Below are positions 38,239-53,520 of a DNA stretch of 64,000 bases, piece by piece (within the stretch, counting starts at the first letter, position 1; each line of letters begins with the position of its first letter). The notes beneath the pieces are model-generated. The model saw only the letters and a list, made by a program, of their open reading frames with translations. It was not told the origin of the DNA and did no database searches. This stretch comes from Octopus sinensis (taxonomy: Eukaryota), in assembly GCF_006345805.1 (NCBI RefSeq), contig NC_042999.1:41602001-41666000 (forward strand), given 5' to 3'. Made by a program: the position numbers and the translations under genes.

Positions 38239-39510
38239 CTTAAGAGAAAATTTTAAATCACTAAATTCTATAAACTGAAATGGAATTTTATAAGATTGTC
38301 AATAGTATAATACTCCTGATAAAAGACATGGATTTAATGTTCAATTTAATGTTATTTTTATTGCAAATTGTTTGTTTACTCCAAATTTGCACACGGCTGT
38401 CACTATCTTCCACTCGGCTATTGAGGAAAATAGCGATCAGTGACGACTTGAAAAGGTTTTAAGATTATCTGTAATATACAGACAATCAATTAAAGTATTA
38501 TAAACATTATAGGCGTAATATTACACTAGGTGTTAAAGCAATGCGATAATAAATATTTTTGAATGTAAAAATATGCATGCTACCAGTTCGACTGAGATTT
38601 CATAAAACTGAATAAAACCAAACCAAGTTTCACTATATACCGCGAGGTCGAAAAGAAAAGAATAAGCTACACAGTGACGGACCAGGACCGGAAATACTTT
38701 GTGTAAAAAGCTTTCATTACCGCTTAACTAAATCCCTTGTGTTTTATTATTGAATCGATTCGCCCAATTTGTGGAAAAGCAATCACAAGTTTCGGCAACA
38801 GATAAATTACATAGAATAATAGATATTTTAAAAACCGACCTCGGAACCATAGCTAGTCAGAAAAACATAAAAAATATGACTAAATGCGATATAGGGAATT
38901 ATTGTCGCAGAGTGTGTTTGCAGTTGTTGGATATTGTGGTAAGTGGAACGTGCGCCATCCACAAAACAAGAGGGCATTAACTAGTTTTACCCGACTTTTC
39001 CAATATAGTTTCCTCCCGATCCACTTCACACTCACACGGGTGTCTCTAGACCCTATCAGGTATTCTAACTAGATACAGTTTTAATTAACCTTATATAACT
39101 AGATACAGTTTTAATTAACCTTATAAATTTTGTCCATGTCTACCTTACAAATTGGGATTTGTCAGTTAGTTGAAACTGCTTAAGTAGATCTGAAAGGGTT
39201 TTACACCATCTTCTGCCAGGCACTCCCATAAAATCCGAACGTATGCCTAAGACGTCATTCAAGTTACCAACAAACACTAACGAACGAACCGTTTCAAAAG
39301 TTATTATCAATGCTAAAAGAAATCTAGCCTCAATACTTTTTAATCGGGTCCAAGTCTGACGGCGATGTCTTTGCTGCTCTTTGTACCCAGGGTCGCTAAG
39401 TTGCCATCAACTTGCAGGAAGATGTCTCGTAATACCAGATTCAGATGTTTTCGAAATGGTATTACCACTCCATTAATATTACCACTCCATTAATATTACC
39501 ACTCCATTTA

Positions 39511-40294
39511 AAGGCGGCGAGCTGGCAGAAACGTTAGCACGCCGGGCGAAAAGCTTAGCGGTATTTCGTCTGCGTTACGTTGTGAGTTCAAATTCCGCCG
39601 AGGTCGACTTTGCCTTTCATCCTTTCGGGGTCGATAAATTAAGTACCAGTTACGCACTGGGGTCGGTGTGATCGACTTAATACATATGTCTGTCCTTGTT
39701 TGTCCTCTCTGTGTTTAGCCCCTTGTGGGTAATAGAGAAATAGGTATTTCGTCTGGTTTTACATTCTGAGTTCAAATTCCACCGGGTCGACTTTGCCTTT
39801 CATCCTTTCGGGGTCGATAAATTAAGTACCAGTTACGCACTGGGGTCGTGTGTGTAAATCGACTTAATCCTAGTCTGTCCTGTTTGTCCCCTCGTGTTTA
39901 GCCCCTTGTGGGTAATAGAGAAATAGGTATTTCGTCTGGTTTTACATTCTGAGTTCAAATTCCACCGAGGTCGACTTTGCCTTTCATCCTTTCGGGGTCG
40001 ATAAATTAAGTACCAGTTACGCACTGGGGTCGGTGTAATCGACTTAATACCTATGTCTGTCCTGTTTGTCCCCTCTGTGTTTAGCCCCTTGTGGGTAATA
40101 GAGAAATAGGTATTTCGTCTGGTTTTACATTCTGAGTTCAAATTCCGCCGAGGTCGACTTTGCCTTTCATCCTTTCGGGGTCGATAAATTAAGTACCAGT
40201 TACGCACTGGGGTCGGTGTAATCGACTTAATACCTATGTCTGTCCTTGTTTGTCCCCTCTGTGTTTAGCCCCTTGTGGGTAATAGAGAAATAGG
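39511..40294 (+). mobile_element. SINE family A tetramer (one full unit plus three ~183-bp head-truncated units) with a 16-bp TSD
   Basis: Units restart at 39743, 39926 and 40109; flanks TATTACCACTCCATTT / TATTACCACTGCATTT. Confidence 0.9.
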
Positions 40295-40949
40295 TATTAC
40301 CACTGCATTTTGTTCGGATATAGAGATCGTAGTCTTTGAGAAAAATAACAGTGAAGCGTTGTGAAAATCATAATATGGTTAATGGGCGCCATACTGATAT
40401 CAAATAATCTGACTTCGTTAAGCTTCAAGACTTCAATCCACTTGTTGGGTAATATTGATGGGGAAAGGAGATTGAGAGAGAACTCTTACATTAGACTTGA
40501 AGAATGGGTAATCTGGATTCCCTGATGGGGAGCTTATAAAATGATTTTAGAAAACTACCGTAAATAAACAAAAATCTTTTCATTGTACGGCTTCATTACA
40601 AAAATAATGTTTAATAGCCTTTCTAGTGGTTGGATTGAGAAATACTGGAGATCAATAAAATCCCTTTAATTATTGGTAATTTTCTATCAAAAATACCATG
40701 AAATTGTACTCAAGAAGACAACTATAATACTGAATTGAGAAGCAAGTTGCTGAGAACGCTGGTGATATTGTGATATAAACTGTAGTAAATTCAACTTGGT
40801 TCTCTATCATCAATTTTATTTGTATGGTTCTCATTTTCCTAAGCGTGTTGTTAAATGACACAGCACTAGAATATCAAATATTCGACAGATCAATCAACCA
40901 CCTACTTTTCAAGGAATGGCTCTTAACTACATTAAAAAAATTTAGTGAC

Positions 40950-41760
40950 GATATCGAAGCTACAACAATTTTGAACTGTGTGACGAGGATAGCATTTTGA
41001 ACCCTAAAATACGCGAGAAAATAAATAAAGGACGCTCGACCTTAACGAGAGACAGGACTGATGTCATCAATATACACGCTATATTTGTCCTAATCAACAG
41101 CTTTAATGTTACAAAACGGTTCATGAATGAGATAAGTATAATTGATGCCAAAACCCGCAAGTGTTTTACGATACACCGTAAGCATCAACCAAGAGAAGAT
41201 GTAGGCTATAAATTCGACGAAAGGATGAACTGATGCAACTGTAACACTCTCTAAAGACAGCAACTAACGAATTACACACCTATCTAAAGAGCGTTAATGA
41301 ATGGATGATTGAACACGTATTCTAGCACGAAAGTGATAGGAAACTACACTCGATATCAAAAGTGAATAAACATGTACACGAATGAAAGGTCGTCGAGAGT
41401 GAGGTGATACAAGATAGACCAGAAGGACTCATTGTGAAAGCAAGACGAATAAAATCACAAACGATAAGGAATGGAATATCAGGGATGATTCTTAGATGGA
41501 AAAGTAAGGAAAAACATGACGGGCGATTCTGTTGTTGATGCAAATATGAACCAACAGTAGTTGGCAGTGTCTGAACTAGAACCAGAAGCAGAGAGCTTCA
41601 TTATGGCAGTTCAGAATGAGTGACTGTCCGCTAGAAATAACTAAACCAATATACTTTTAAAAACGGTGCTGAAACTTCCTGCTCTATATTAGTCTGAACT
41701 CAGTATATTAATCGCATTGATAGACTTGTTCAGTAATTTCACAGCACCATATGCCGTCAG
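40950..41760 (+). mobile_element. Old R4/Dong-type remnant (RT C-terminal region)
   Basis: INSFNVTKRFMNEISIIDAKTRKCFTIHRKHQPREDV; LEPEAESFIMAVQNE. Confidence 0.75.
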
Positions 41761-42244
41761 CTTGACCTCTCATCTCATACAAGATAAACTGGTGATAAAT
41801 TAAAAGAGGTATGAGTGAAGTAGAATTGCTTGAATAAAGTGGAATTCCATGTATTTCATTACTAGCTTATTCAACAGAAATTGCCTGAAACCTCCTTTAG
41901 CTGACAATTGTTGTACGGTTCACAGATCAAAGATTCAGTTTTACACGAATATATATTATATAACTCTCAGCGGGATGAAATAGAGCGTCCTCAGCCTCAC
42001 AAATTAAATTCAGACGTGTGTGGTGCAGTGAGCAGCAGATTAATATCAAAGATAGACAATCAACACTCTACAATGTTTCGTATATTAGAATGTCAACAGA
42101 TGTCAAAAACCGGCCGAAAATTCATGATGTCAGAGCTGTAGATGGCTAAGGAATTGCAACAGGGAAAATAATGACAACAGTGAAGAATGAAACATATCAA
42201 TAAGAGAAAAATCATGTTTACATGATACATGAATACACACACTC

Positions 42245-42246
42245 AC

Positions 42247-42325
<79 letters not shown>

Positions 42326-42339
42326 CCATATATATATAC

Positions 42340-42372
<33 letters not shown>

Positions 42373-42410
42373 CATATATATATACATATATATATACATA
42401 TATTATATAC

Positions 42411-42441
<31 letters not shown>

Positions 42442-42630
42442 CATATATATCATATATATATATATACATATATAATATATACATATATATATAACATATA
42501 TATATTATATATATATACATATATATTATACAATATATATATATATAATATATATACTATATATATATAATATTATATATATACATATATATATAGATAT
42601 ATCTATATAATATATATATATATATATATC

Positions 42631-42675
<45 letters not shown>

Positions 42676-42716
42676 CATATATATATATACATATATATAT
42701 ATATACATATCTATAA

Positions 42717-42748
<32 letters not shown>

Positions 42749-42780
42749 TATATATCTATATAATGATTATATATATATAA

Positions 42781-42814
<34 letters not shown>

Positions 42815-42818
42815 ATAA

Positions 42819-42855
<37 letters not shown>

Positions 42856-43129
42856 GATATATATATATATATAAATATATATAATATATATATAATGATA
42901 TATATATATATATATATATATATAATGATATTAATATATATATATATATTATATATATATATATTATAAATGATATTATATTATAGATATTATATATATA
43001 TAATATAATGATATATATCTATATATATATATATATATCTATATATATATATAATGATATATATATATATAATGATATATATATATATATATATAATGAT
43101 ATATATATATATATTATATATATATGCTA

Positions 43130-43171
<42 letters not shown>

Positions 43172-43195
43172 TATATATATTCACACACACTCTCA
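42245..43195. repeat. (CT)n/(TA)n microsatellite with a recurring ATAATG interruption
   Basis: Directly visible. Confidence 0.95.
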
Positions 43196-43309
43196 CACAC
43201 ACACACCACGTATGTTTTTAAATACATCCTTAAAAATAAATTGTTTTTTCCTTCAATCTTAAGCTTGAAAGGAAGTATTGGAATAAACAGATGCAATCAA
43301 ACCAGAGTA

Positions 43310-44215
<906 letters not shown>

Positions 44216-44429
44216 CGGAAAAAACACATCCGACGGTAAAAAGATCCTTTGAAGAGCTAAATTCGTTGGTATTTTCCAGTTATTTTCTAGAATTTATTAT
44301 TTATTTTTTTTGAGAGAATTTTTTTCCTGATTTATGTTTTATATGGATTTTTTTAATTTTATTTTTTCATTCTTTCTTTTTTCCTCGTGCAATGCTTTTC
44401 TATCATTTTGTCTTTGTTTTCATACACAT

Positions 44430-44589
44430 GTACATGAATATACACATATATCTATATATCTATATATCTATATCTATATGTGTGTGTGTACGTATGTATA
44501 CGTATATGTACATATATATATATATATATATACACAAACCTGTATATATATATATGTGTGTGTGTGTGCGTGTGTATATATATATATAT

Positions 44590-44620
<31 letters not shown>

Positions 44621-45013
44621 CATACATGTATACATATATATATATGTACACATACATACACACACACACACATATACATGTATATATACAACAAACGAAA
44701 GACAGAAGATGGAATATGAGAGAATTTATTATATATCTATATGTATGCATGTGTGTTTGTGTGTTTGTGTGTGTATGTATAGACATATACAAGCAACAAG
44801 TAAACGCTTCACAAACACGCACAACCACAAACCCGAACGCAATATGTATATGTATGTATATGTGTGTTTGTGTGTCTGTATGCGTGTGTGTGTGTGTGTA
44901 AACACACAGCACAGAGGGAGATAACATATCTGAATAGCGGTGTGTTTACACAGAAACACACAGGCGTACTCCGAGGTATACTCCTGTATACATTTACAAG
45001 CATGCATACATAC

Positions 45014-45064
<51 letters not shown>

Positions 45065-45312
45065 TTATATATATTCATATATACATACTTACATACAAGT
45101 ATATATATCTGCGTGTGCATGTACATGCGTGTGTGTGGTTGTACGTGTGCATGTATATATGTGCGATCTATGAATGTATCCAATATTTATGCATCTGTAT
45201 AGATGCGTGTGTATACATTCGCATCATTAAAATCATGATACTGTTTATATTCTTCATATTGCAATATGTGTGTTTGCACACACGTATACGAAAGCTCTTG
45301 AGTTATTATATA

Positions 45313-45350
<38 letters not shown>

Positions 45351-45386
45351 TATTATATATATATATTTATTTATATATATATATAC

Positions 45387-45431
<45 letters not shown>

Positions 45432-45432
45432 T

Positions 45433-45483
<51 letters not shown>

Positions 45484-45574
45484 GTACATACATACAAACA
45501 TTTATATACATATATATATATATATAATATATATACACGTACATACATACAAACATTTATTATACATATATATA

Positions 45575-45613
<39 letters not shown>

Positions 45614-45949
45614 CATATGTATGGATAGGTACACACATATTCATGTGCGCATGTGCATGTATGTGAGTATATATCTTTATACATAGACATATATATATGT
45701 ATGTATCTATACATATATATAATATATATATATATATAACAAAATATATGTATGTATGTAATATTATATATAATATATATACAAAGAGAGAGGGAGAGAG
45801 AAATAGATATATATAGATATATAACATGTATACATATATATTATATATATATAATTATAGCTGTATGTATTTTTATATATAAACAAAGAGGAAGAAAAGG
45901 AGGAAAGTGAAGATAAGTATTCGTATTTGTACACATCTTGTTCTATATG

Positions 45950-46024
<75 letters not shown>

Positions 46025-46904
46025 CCATATATATATACATGTATATATATTTATGTATGTATATATGTATGCATGTACGCACATCTTTATGCGTATATGC
46101 ATATAAATGTATAGACATATTCACATACAAACGAATACATATATATATATTTATACGTACACACATACATACATACATATATACGTATATATGACTCTAT
46201 ATAGGTGTCTATATATCAATGTGTGCATTATGATCTGTGAGTGTATGTCCGTGAATCTGCATTTAGGTTGTGTGCATGCGTTCAAATATGTGTGTGTGTG
46301 TACTGTTTTGGTGTGAATAAGCATTTATACACTAACACTCGCACCTACACACATTTTCCTTTCATCTTTCTCTTAAAATATTTATCCTCTAAAGAGTATG
46401 CTATGCTAGTGCCACTCTGAAAGAGTTTATGATTGGTGGCTGGTGTATTAAACGAAATTTTCAATAAGATGCAAGTGTACAGCTATCAATAAAAGAAAAG
46501 AAAGGCCTTTATAGGTTCGTGACGACGGTGAAGATGGATATTCGCCATTTCTCACATAGACTATAAAATATACAGCGAATTCCTACGGTTGAATGCAGGA
46601 AACTATACAAGTACGTATATACAGGCATACAATACAACCACACACGTACATCACAATACGTACATATTTCACACATACACACTGAAAACACAAACACACA
46701 CACACTCGTATATATACATATGTGTGCATGCCTACACAACACACATACAGAGATATAGAGATAGGCATTGAATAAATAGCTTAGATATACGTTTGTACAT
46801 ATGCATGCATACTTATGTATATATATATGTGTGTGCACGTTTTCATTCATGGTTCGCTTGCGATATGTGAGTGTGCATATGTTTGCAACAGGTGTTTGCA
46901 TTCT

Positions 46905-46948
<44 letters not shown>

Positions 46949-47003
46949 TACATACATATATACATACATACATATAGCTTCTTACCCTACAAAAACGATA
47001 TAT

Positions 47004-47057
<54 letters not shown>

Positions 47058-47300
47058 ATATAATATTGATGCATGTATGTATATACATAGATATACGCGT
47101 GCAAGCGGATATTAGTATGCAGAGATTCGCTCCCTTATAAATATATTCTGCATGTTGTATTTGTGAGTGTGAGAACTGAACGCATATAAGCACATAAATA
47201 TGAGTGTGTATATAACACCAGTATGTAAATTATAGTTTGTATGTATGTATGTATGTGAGTATGTATGTATGTATGTATGTATGTATATAATTTGCCATTA
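44430..47300. repeat. Extended (TA)/(TG)/(TATG) microsatellite field
   Basis: Directly visible. Confidence 0.93.
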
Positions 47301-47638
47301 CCGTTGGAGTAGCGTTGCTTAGAAACAGTGCATGTTGAGAATAGTTGTGCATTTACGTTTGTGCATTTGAATGCCATATTATGTGCATGCTTAAAAACAA
47401 GGATGTGCAGCCCCCTCTTAATTCTACTCTCTCTTACTCTCTATTTCTATACATACTGCTGAGACCCTCTTCGATCGTGACTGACCATGGGATTGCACCT
47501 AGAAAGTGACCTTCCCAGGCACAAGTCCGGACAAGGTTCTTTATGGAAGGCCAGCAGTCGCTCAAGCTTGTATACATACATATACATTTAAACATTTAAA
47601 TACACACATATAAACACATTTATACAAATATACATATA

Positions 47639-47675
<37 letters not shown>

Positions 47676-47724
47676 ATATATACATATATGTATATATTTC
47701 TGTGTGTGTATGTATGTATGTTTA

Positions 47725-48185
47725 TCTCGAGTTGCACATGAGAAAGTAAGGAGAGATGTCAGGAGGGCATCGCTGTTACACTTCCAGAAGGGAAGGGTCT
47801 TCCTTTGATGCTGACATGCAATGTCTGTGCAAGACCCCGCCTCGGTAAAGCTGGACTCAAGAGTCATCTTCGTAGTCATAAAACAAGACAGATGAGTGAC
47901 AACCTGGCCACTGGTGGTGGTGTAACACACCATACTAATCATATCTGTCGGGCATGTGGAAGAGAGCGTAATTCGGCAGGAGGACTTAAACGACATGCAA
48001 AGGTACATGAAGCCCAGTTACAATTACAGCCGGCTATTACCAGTAAAGGTTTTAGGTGCCAATTTTGTACAAGACATTGTAGATCTTTAGCTGGGCTAAA
48101 AAGTCACATTCGATCACGGCACCAGTAACAGTTAAGCTTCGTGCAATTGCCATACTCGATAACGAGGGGGCAGCCATAATAATGC
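47725..48185 (+). mobile_element. Probable RTE-type LINE 3' end encoding three C2H2 zinc fingers (open frame 47742-48128)
   Basis: CNVC-x12-HLRSH, CRAC-x12-HAKVH, CQFC-x12-HIRSRH with GLKSH motifs like RTE C-termini; short 3' UTR with a CTCG-ATAA-CGAG hairpin and ATA tail. Confidence 0.7.
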
Positions 48186-50261
48186 ATGTATATATAAATG
48201 TATGTATGTATGTAGGAAGTACCCTCAATTGCGATTCGCTCCCCCACGCTGCGCCAAGAATCTCGTTTCCACTTAGGGTTGGTAGCTCCTCATAGTTGTG
48301 TGTCTCTATCAAATAATTGAATGCAGTTGAGTTGTCCTCTTTCTCTGTTGGCCTGCGATCGTCTACAGAATACAGTATCATATCTGACTTTATAGCTTTA
48401 GCTGTATCAGGAAGTTTCTCCAGAGCATTTGATAATGTCGACAGACGCGCTGTATTGTTCATCCTTTTATGCTTTTGGACATGAAATTTTCATTGTTCTG
48501 GACTGAATATTTTGTAGTCCCATCACATAATATGCCAGCTGTTCTCTCTAGCCGCTACAGAGTAGGATGAAAAGCTGAGGCATGGCAGCCGACTGTTCAA
48601 AGCAAGATTTTCCAGGCGACTTGTGTTTTTAATGGGAGGTTAGTGCCTTTGATTCTGACTTAACATTATATGTGGCATGGCTGTAATATTCTTGAAAGCT
48701 TTGCAATTTTTATTGTCAAGAGTTTTAATGTGTTGGTTAGTTCATGTATCTGTTTTGCAAGTGTCGTGTGGTAATTGTTTCAAATATTTCCTGCATTTGT
48801 TCATGGTATTTCGGTAGACTTCGTAGTATAACTGGAATCTTATACAATTTAATTACATATAAGAATAGATTGGGATTTTTCCTGTGCCTAATTGTGCTTT
48901 CCTTTTTGAATCCATAGGTATTCCTGGAATCCCGTTTTCGTAAAAAAATTTCTGTCATATACGCTTAATTACTATTTCTAATAAGTTAAAAAGTTATTTT
49001 GATATTATTAAGTCTGGAAGCATTTTCATTAGGCACTACAGTAATCATACTTCTCTGTCTCCAGATGTCTGTCCTCAGTTCGCAACAGGGACACAAAAAG
49101 GTCAATGAGGGACCAAATTCGGTTCGGGCTACGTTGTAGAAATAATCTATGAAGAGGTCTCGTGCAGAGTGATCAGTCTCGTCAGAAACAGATTAAGATA
49201 AAGAACACCCAAATGTTTGAACTGAGTTATGCTTCTACGGATGTTTACCGCTGAGTGACTGTTGAGCGTTGTTCTAGGAAAGAGAATTACATAGCTTTTA
49301 ATGTCGAAGGGATAGATTTCGTTGCATAGCAGGTTTATCTTCAATCAATGCCCATAGTCGACGGTGCAGAGGAAAGCACTAAGACTCCGATATCAAGCCA
49401 AATTCTTATGCTCGCCATATGTGAGAAACATTTTGCTACAATTTGGTCGGGTTACAATCATCAGTCAAGCACCGACAGATATACAACACCTTGTGGCTTC
49501 CTGGCATCATTTAAATTCCAGATGTAGTTGTTCCTTTCGTTACTTCATTCTGATTATTTTCCATGAGTGTTTCCTTGTTTTCAGGGTTGTTTTTTGAAGT
49601 ATGGCTTTAGTTCTAAATGTTTACGCTGTATTTGTTTTGTTAGTTATGATGTCAATAATAATTCTTGTTGACAGGTTTTTCGACGTCTTCACAAAATTTC
49701 TGGCTTCCAATGATGGACGACTGCCACCGGTTTTCGTTTTCATCTCCACCACGATTACCACCATACTCTCTTGTAAGTATATACATTGTCTGCCGAAGAT
49801 TCAGAATGGGAGAAATTGGAGAGGAAAAATTGGCAACGACGTACGCATGTGTTTGTATAAATATCGTCCATATTTTATTTGTTGTGCTTGTTCCATATTA
49901 TTTTTTGTGTGGCGAAATATTCGTCGATGGTGGAGAGACTGTAGCCGATAGCAAGCAATGCTGCTTGCAATACATAGATGTATTATCTGATTATTATATT
50001 ACATAGATTTATTATATGATTATTTAAAACTCTCAAGAGTTGGGCCGCCTAGTCCTTGCCATGCCATGACGTAACATGCCAGTTCTATCTAAATGATGCC
50101 AGGATGCCACAATGGTTTGTACGGGTTGACAGTAGCTACCCATCTCACCGTTTTCATCTAGACGAGGCTCGACTTCGCTGGCATCAATAGAGCATAATCC
50201 CGGAGATCCGCTTTCTCATACATACCACGAAGCTGGATTAATTGCCTATATGTTTGTGACG

Positions 50262-50585
50262 TGAAGACACATGGTTAAGAGCGTAAGGCTAACAATCATG
50301 AGATAGTGGGTTCGATTCATGGATCTAGCTGTGTTTTGTGTTCTTGAGCAAGAACACTTTATTACTTTATTTCACTCAGCAGTAGAAATTAGTTGCGACA
50401 TCACTGGTGCCAAGCTATATCGGCCTTTGCCTGTCTCTTGGATAACATCGGTGGCATGGAAAGGAGAGGCTTGTATGCATGGGCGACCGCTGGGCTTCAA
50501 TAAAAAACCTTGCCGGATTTGTCCCTTGGAGGGGAACTTTCAGGGGCAATCTTATGGTCATACATAACCAAAGGGAGTCTTTCAC
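50262..50585 (+). mobile_element. SINE family C, near full length
   Basis: TGGTTAAGAGCG A-box-like; GGTTCGATTC B-box; TGTGTTCTTGAGCAAG. Confidence 0.75.
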
Positions 50586-50654
50586 GTGCCTTCACAATTT
50601 ATTTTTTATTGTTTCTGCTCAGAGCTGCGGCCATACTGATGTACCGCCGTTCTT

Positions 50655-50810
50655 AGTACAACAGGGGTTGCCACCATCCCCTGCAGGAGCCTCGTGGAGC
50701 TTTAGGTGTTTTTGCTCAATAAACACTCACAACGCCGGTCTGGGAATCGAAACCGCGAGCCTACGACCGCAAGTCCGCTGCCCTAACCATTGGGCCATTG
50801 CGCCTCCAAA
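50655..50810 (-). mobile_element. SINE family D 5' half
   Basis: Reverse complement of the 56662 head. Confidence 0.75.
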
Positions 50811-51092
50811 TGTTTGTGGATATCCATTTAGTACCTCCTTTACTGTGACATAGAAGCTCCGCTGTGTTGTATTGACTTCTTTTATAATGTAACATTGTTT
50901 CCTCATATTGCTTACACTTGTGATTATTGTTTACCGTGTTCAAGGTGCGAGTAATAATTATATCGGTTCAGAACGAAAACCTAACGGTACACATAGAGCA
51001 CTGGAAAATTCCTGTGCGTTAGGTCACTCGTCCTTTTATATTCTGATTTCAAATTTCACTGCGATGAACATGCGACTGGCATCGGTAAAATA

Positions 51093-51126
<34 letters not shown>

Positions 51127-51715
51127 CAAGGATTGGCGTCCATGGTATCGACTAATCCTCTCCCAGTCAAAATTACTGAGCTTGTGTCTAAACGAATTAG
51201 AAACAATTATTTATACGCATGGCGGTACTTTTACTTGTAGTCGTGAGGTTTTGCAGCTGCTGCCGCGGTTAGTACCATTGGTGGTTAGAATGAAAGCAGT
51301 GGCAATGTTCTCTGTTAGAGAAGCCAAAATTCTGCTACCATTTGCCCCTCGTACTATGTTAGGTGCTACCATCTTAAACATCATACCGTTGCTGGTTATG
51401 ATGACAGGTCATGGTGTAGACAACTATAACATTCTGTTTGCGGCGGTGGACTTTTGAATGACGTCGGAGAAGTCGCAGGTGTCTCTGTTCTTTATTTTCT
51501 GTACGGGATGTTTCGCCTACATTTTATATTTGTTTTCTTTTTTTACCTTCCTTGGAAGATGAGATTTGGCAGAATCGCTTGCATGCGGACAAAATACCTA
51601 GTGGCATTTCGTTCATATTTACGGTCTGATTTCAAATTCTGCTTGTGATCAACTTGAACTTTTATCCATTCGAGGTCGATGAAATAAGTACTAGTTCTGC
51701 AATGCAGTCTTTGTA

Positions 51716-51950
51716 TAGCGGCGAGCTGGCAGAAACGTTAGCACGCCGGGCGAAGTGCTTAGTCGTATTTTGTCTGCCGTTACGTTCCGAGTTCAAATTC
51801 CGCCGAGGTCGACTTTGCCTTTCATCCTTTCGGGATCGATTAAATAAGTACCAGTTACGCACTGGGGTTGATGTAATCGACTTAATCCATTTGTCTGTCC
51901 TTGTTTGTTCCCTCTATGTTTAGCCCCTTGTAGGCAATAAAGAAATAAGT
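51716..51950 (+). mobile_element. SINE family A, full monomer
   Basis: Head, B-box, central domain, tail. Confidence 0.88.
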
Positions 51951-52059
51951 CTTTGTATTCGACTGTACTTCCCTCAATTCTCTGGCACAATGCCTATAAT
52001 AGAAATGATGATTATTATTATTAATTGCCAAAATTTGGAAACGATATATTTCCCTTTTT

Positions 52060-52225
52060 TCCTACTAAAGGCATAAGGCCTGAAATTTTCGATTGAGGGG
52101 AGACTAGTCAATTACGTCGACCCCAGTGCTTCAGTTGTACTTATTTTATCAAGCCCGAAAGGATGAAAGGCAAAATCAACCTCGGTATTTTTAAAATTCA
52201 GAACGTATACACGGACGTAATGACA
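52060..52225 (-). mobile_element. SINE family A (degenerate)
   Basis: Reverse complement of the central domain and tail. Confidence 0.7.
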
Positions 52226-52231
52226 CTAATA

Positions 52232-52263
<32 letters not shown>

Positions 52264-52279
52264 GATGATGATGATGATG

Positions 52280-52320
<41 letters not shown>

Positions 52321-53258
52321 TCCATAACTAACAGAAAACGATGTCAAAGTGAAACTATACAGAGAAATGAGCAAAGACCAGCGGTCTCTTGTGCGGTGAA
52401 AAATGCAATGAAGTGTACTGAAAATAATGACGTAATGGTTGTGGTGACGATGACGATAATGGAGGAAGGAATATCACCACAAAATATGAGTACACATGAT
52501 GTGGTTTATGCTTCTGTGTCGGTGCAAGTTTATGTACGTTTGGTAGATGAACTCACGCGTTCCATTGAAAAATGTGTTAATATGTGTATGATTATCAGTT
52601 CGAGTGTATAAAAAAACATGTACGTGCCTGTTGTAAGAGTGTGCGCATGCGTACTTCAGCTCTTTTCCACAAACAAACGGAAGCATAATTTGCTGGAAGA
52701 GTGACGGCTGTTTTCCAATATGGCTTCAAATATGGATTTGAATGATATCATATCTGTCATTTCTAGACGATCAGAAAGCTGTACAATATAATGGCTATAA
52801 TATTTTATCCAACATTTTTTTAATCGTTCTCTGTTTCAAGGCTTTCATTCGGAACACAAATCAGTCCTATTATAAATATTCCAGTAGAAGCAAATGCTGT
52901 GACATGCTACCAAATATGCCCAATCATATGTTATACATTAGTATGTATGTGCGTAAGTATGTATGTATGTATGTATGTATGTATGTATGTATGTACGTAT
53001 GTATAGATGAGTGTGTATGTGTAAATGTATGTATGTATGCGTGTGTGTTTCTATGTATGTCTGTATTTATGTGTGTATGTATGTATATAACACACAACAG
53101 ACGCACATATACATCTGTATATGTTTATGTATATAAATACGTACACGTATATGTATCAATATGTATACATATGTGTGTATGTGTGTATATCTGCATACGA
53201 ATTAAAAGATACGCATACGTATGCATATATACAACTCTCTCTCTCTCTCTCTCTCTCT

Positions 53259-53309
<51 letters not shown>

Positions 53310-53315
<6 letters not shown>

Positions 53316-53520
53316 ATCCAAACATGAAAACACAACGAGAAAACACAAGAACGCGAGCACGTGGAACAAATATAGTATTATTGGATGCTCAGGAAGGAAG
53401 GGAAGAAGGGAAGGAGGGTTTAACGTTTCGAGCGGAGCTCTTCGTCAGAAACATAGGAAAAGGAAAGATCCAAAGAAGGGAAGACGGAGGAAAAAAAATC
53501 CCCAACGGTACATACGCGGT

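Noticed and set aside
39066-39125. Exact 30-bp tandem duplication
   Set aside because: An ordinary slippage duplication; no array or spacers, so not CRISPR-like.
47805-48128. Host C2H2 zinc-finger gene
   Set aside because: No ATG or splice context and no TGEKP linkers; the RTE-like flanks favour a retroelement origin (kept as a TE finding).
48240-49970. Coding-looking minus-strand segments (e.g. MNNTARLSTLSNALEKLPD...)
   Set aside because: Probably decayed retroelement ORFs, but I could not assign a family or support a gene.
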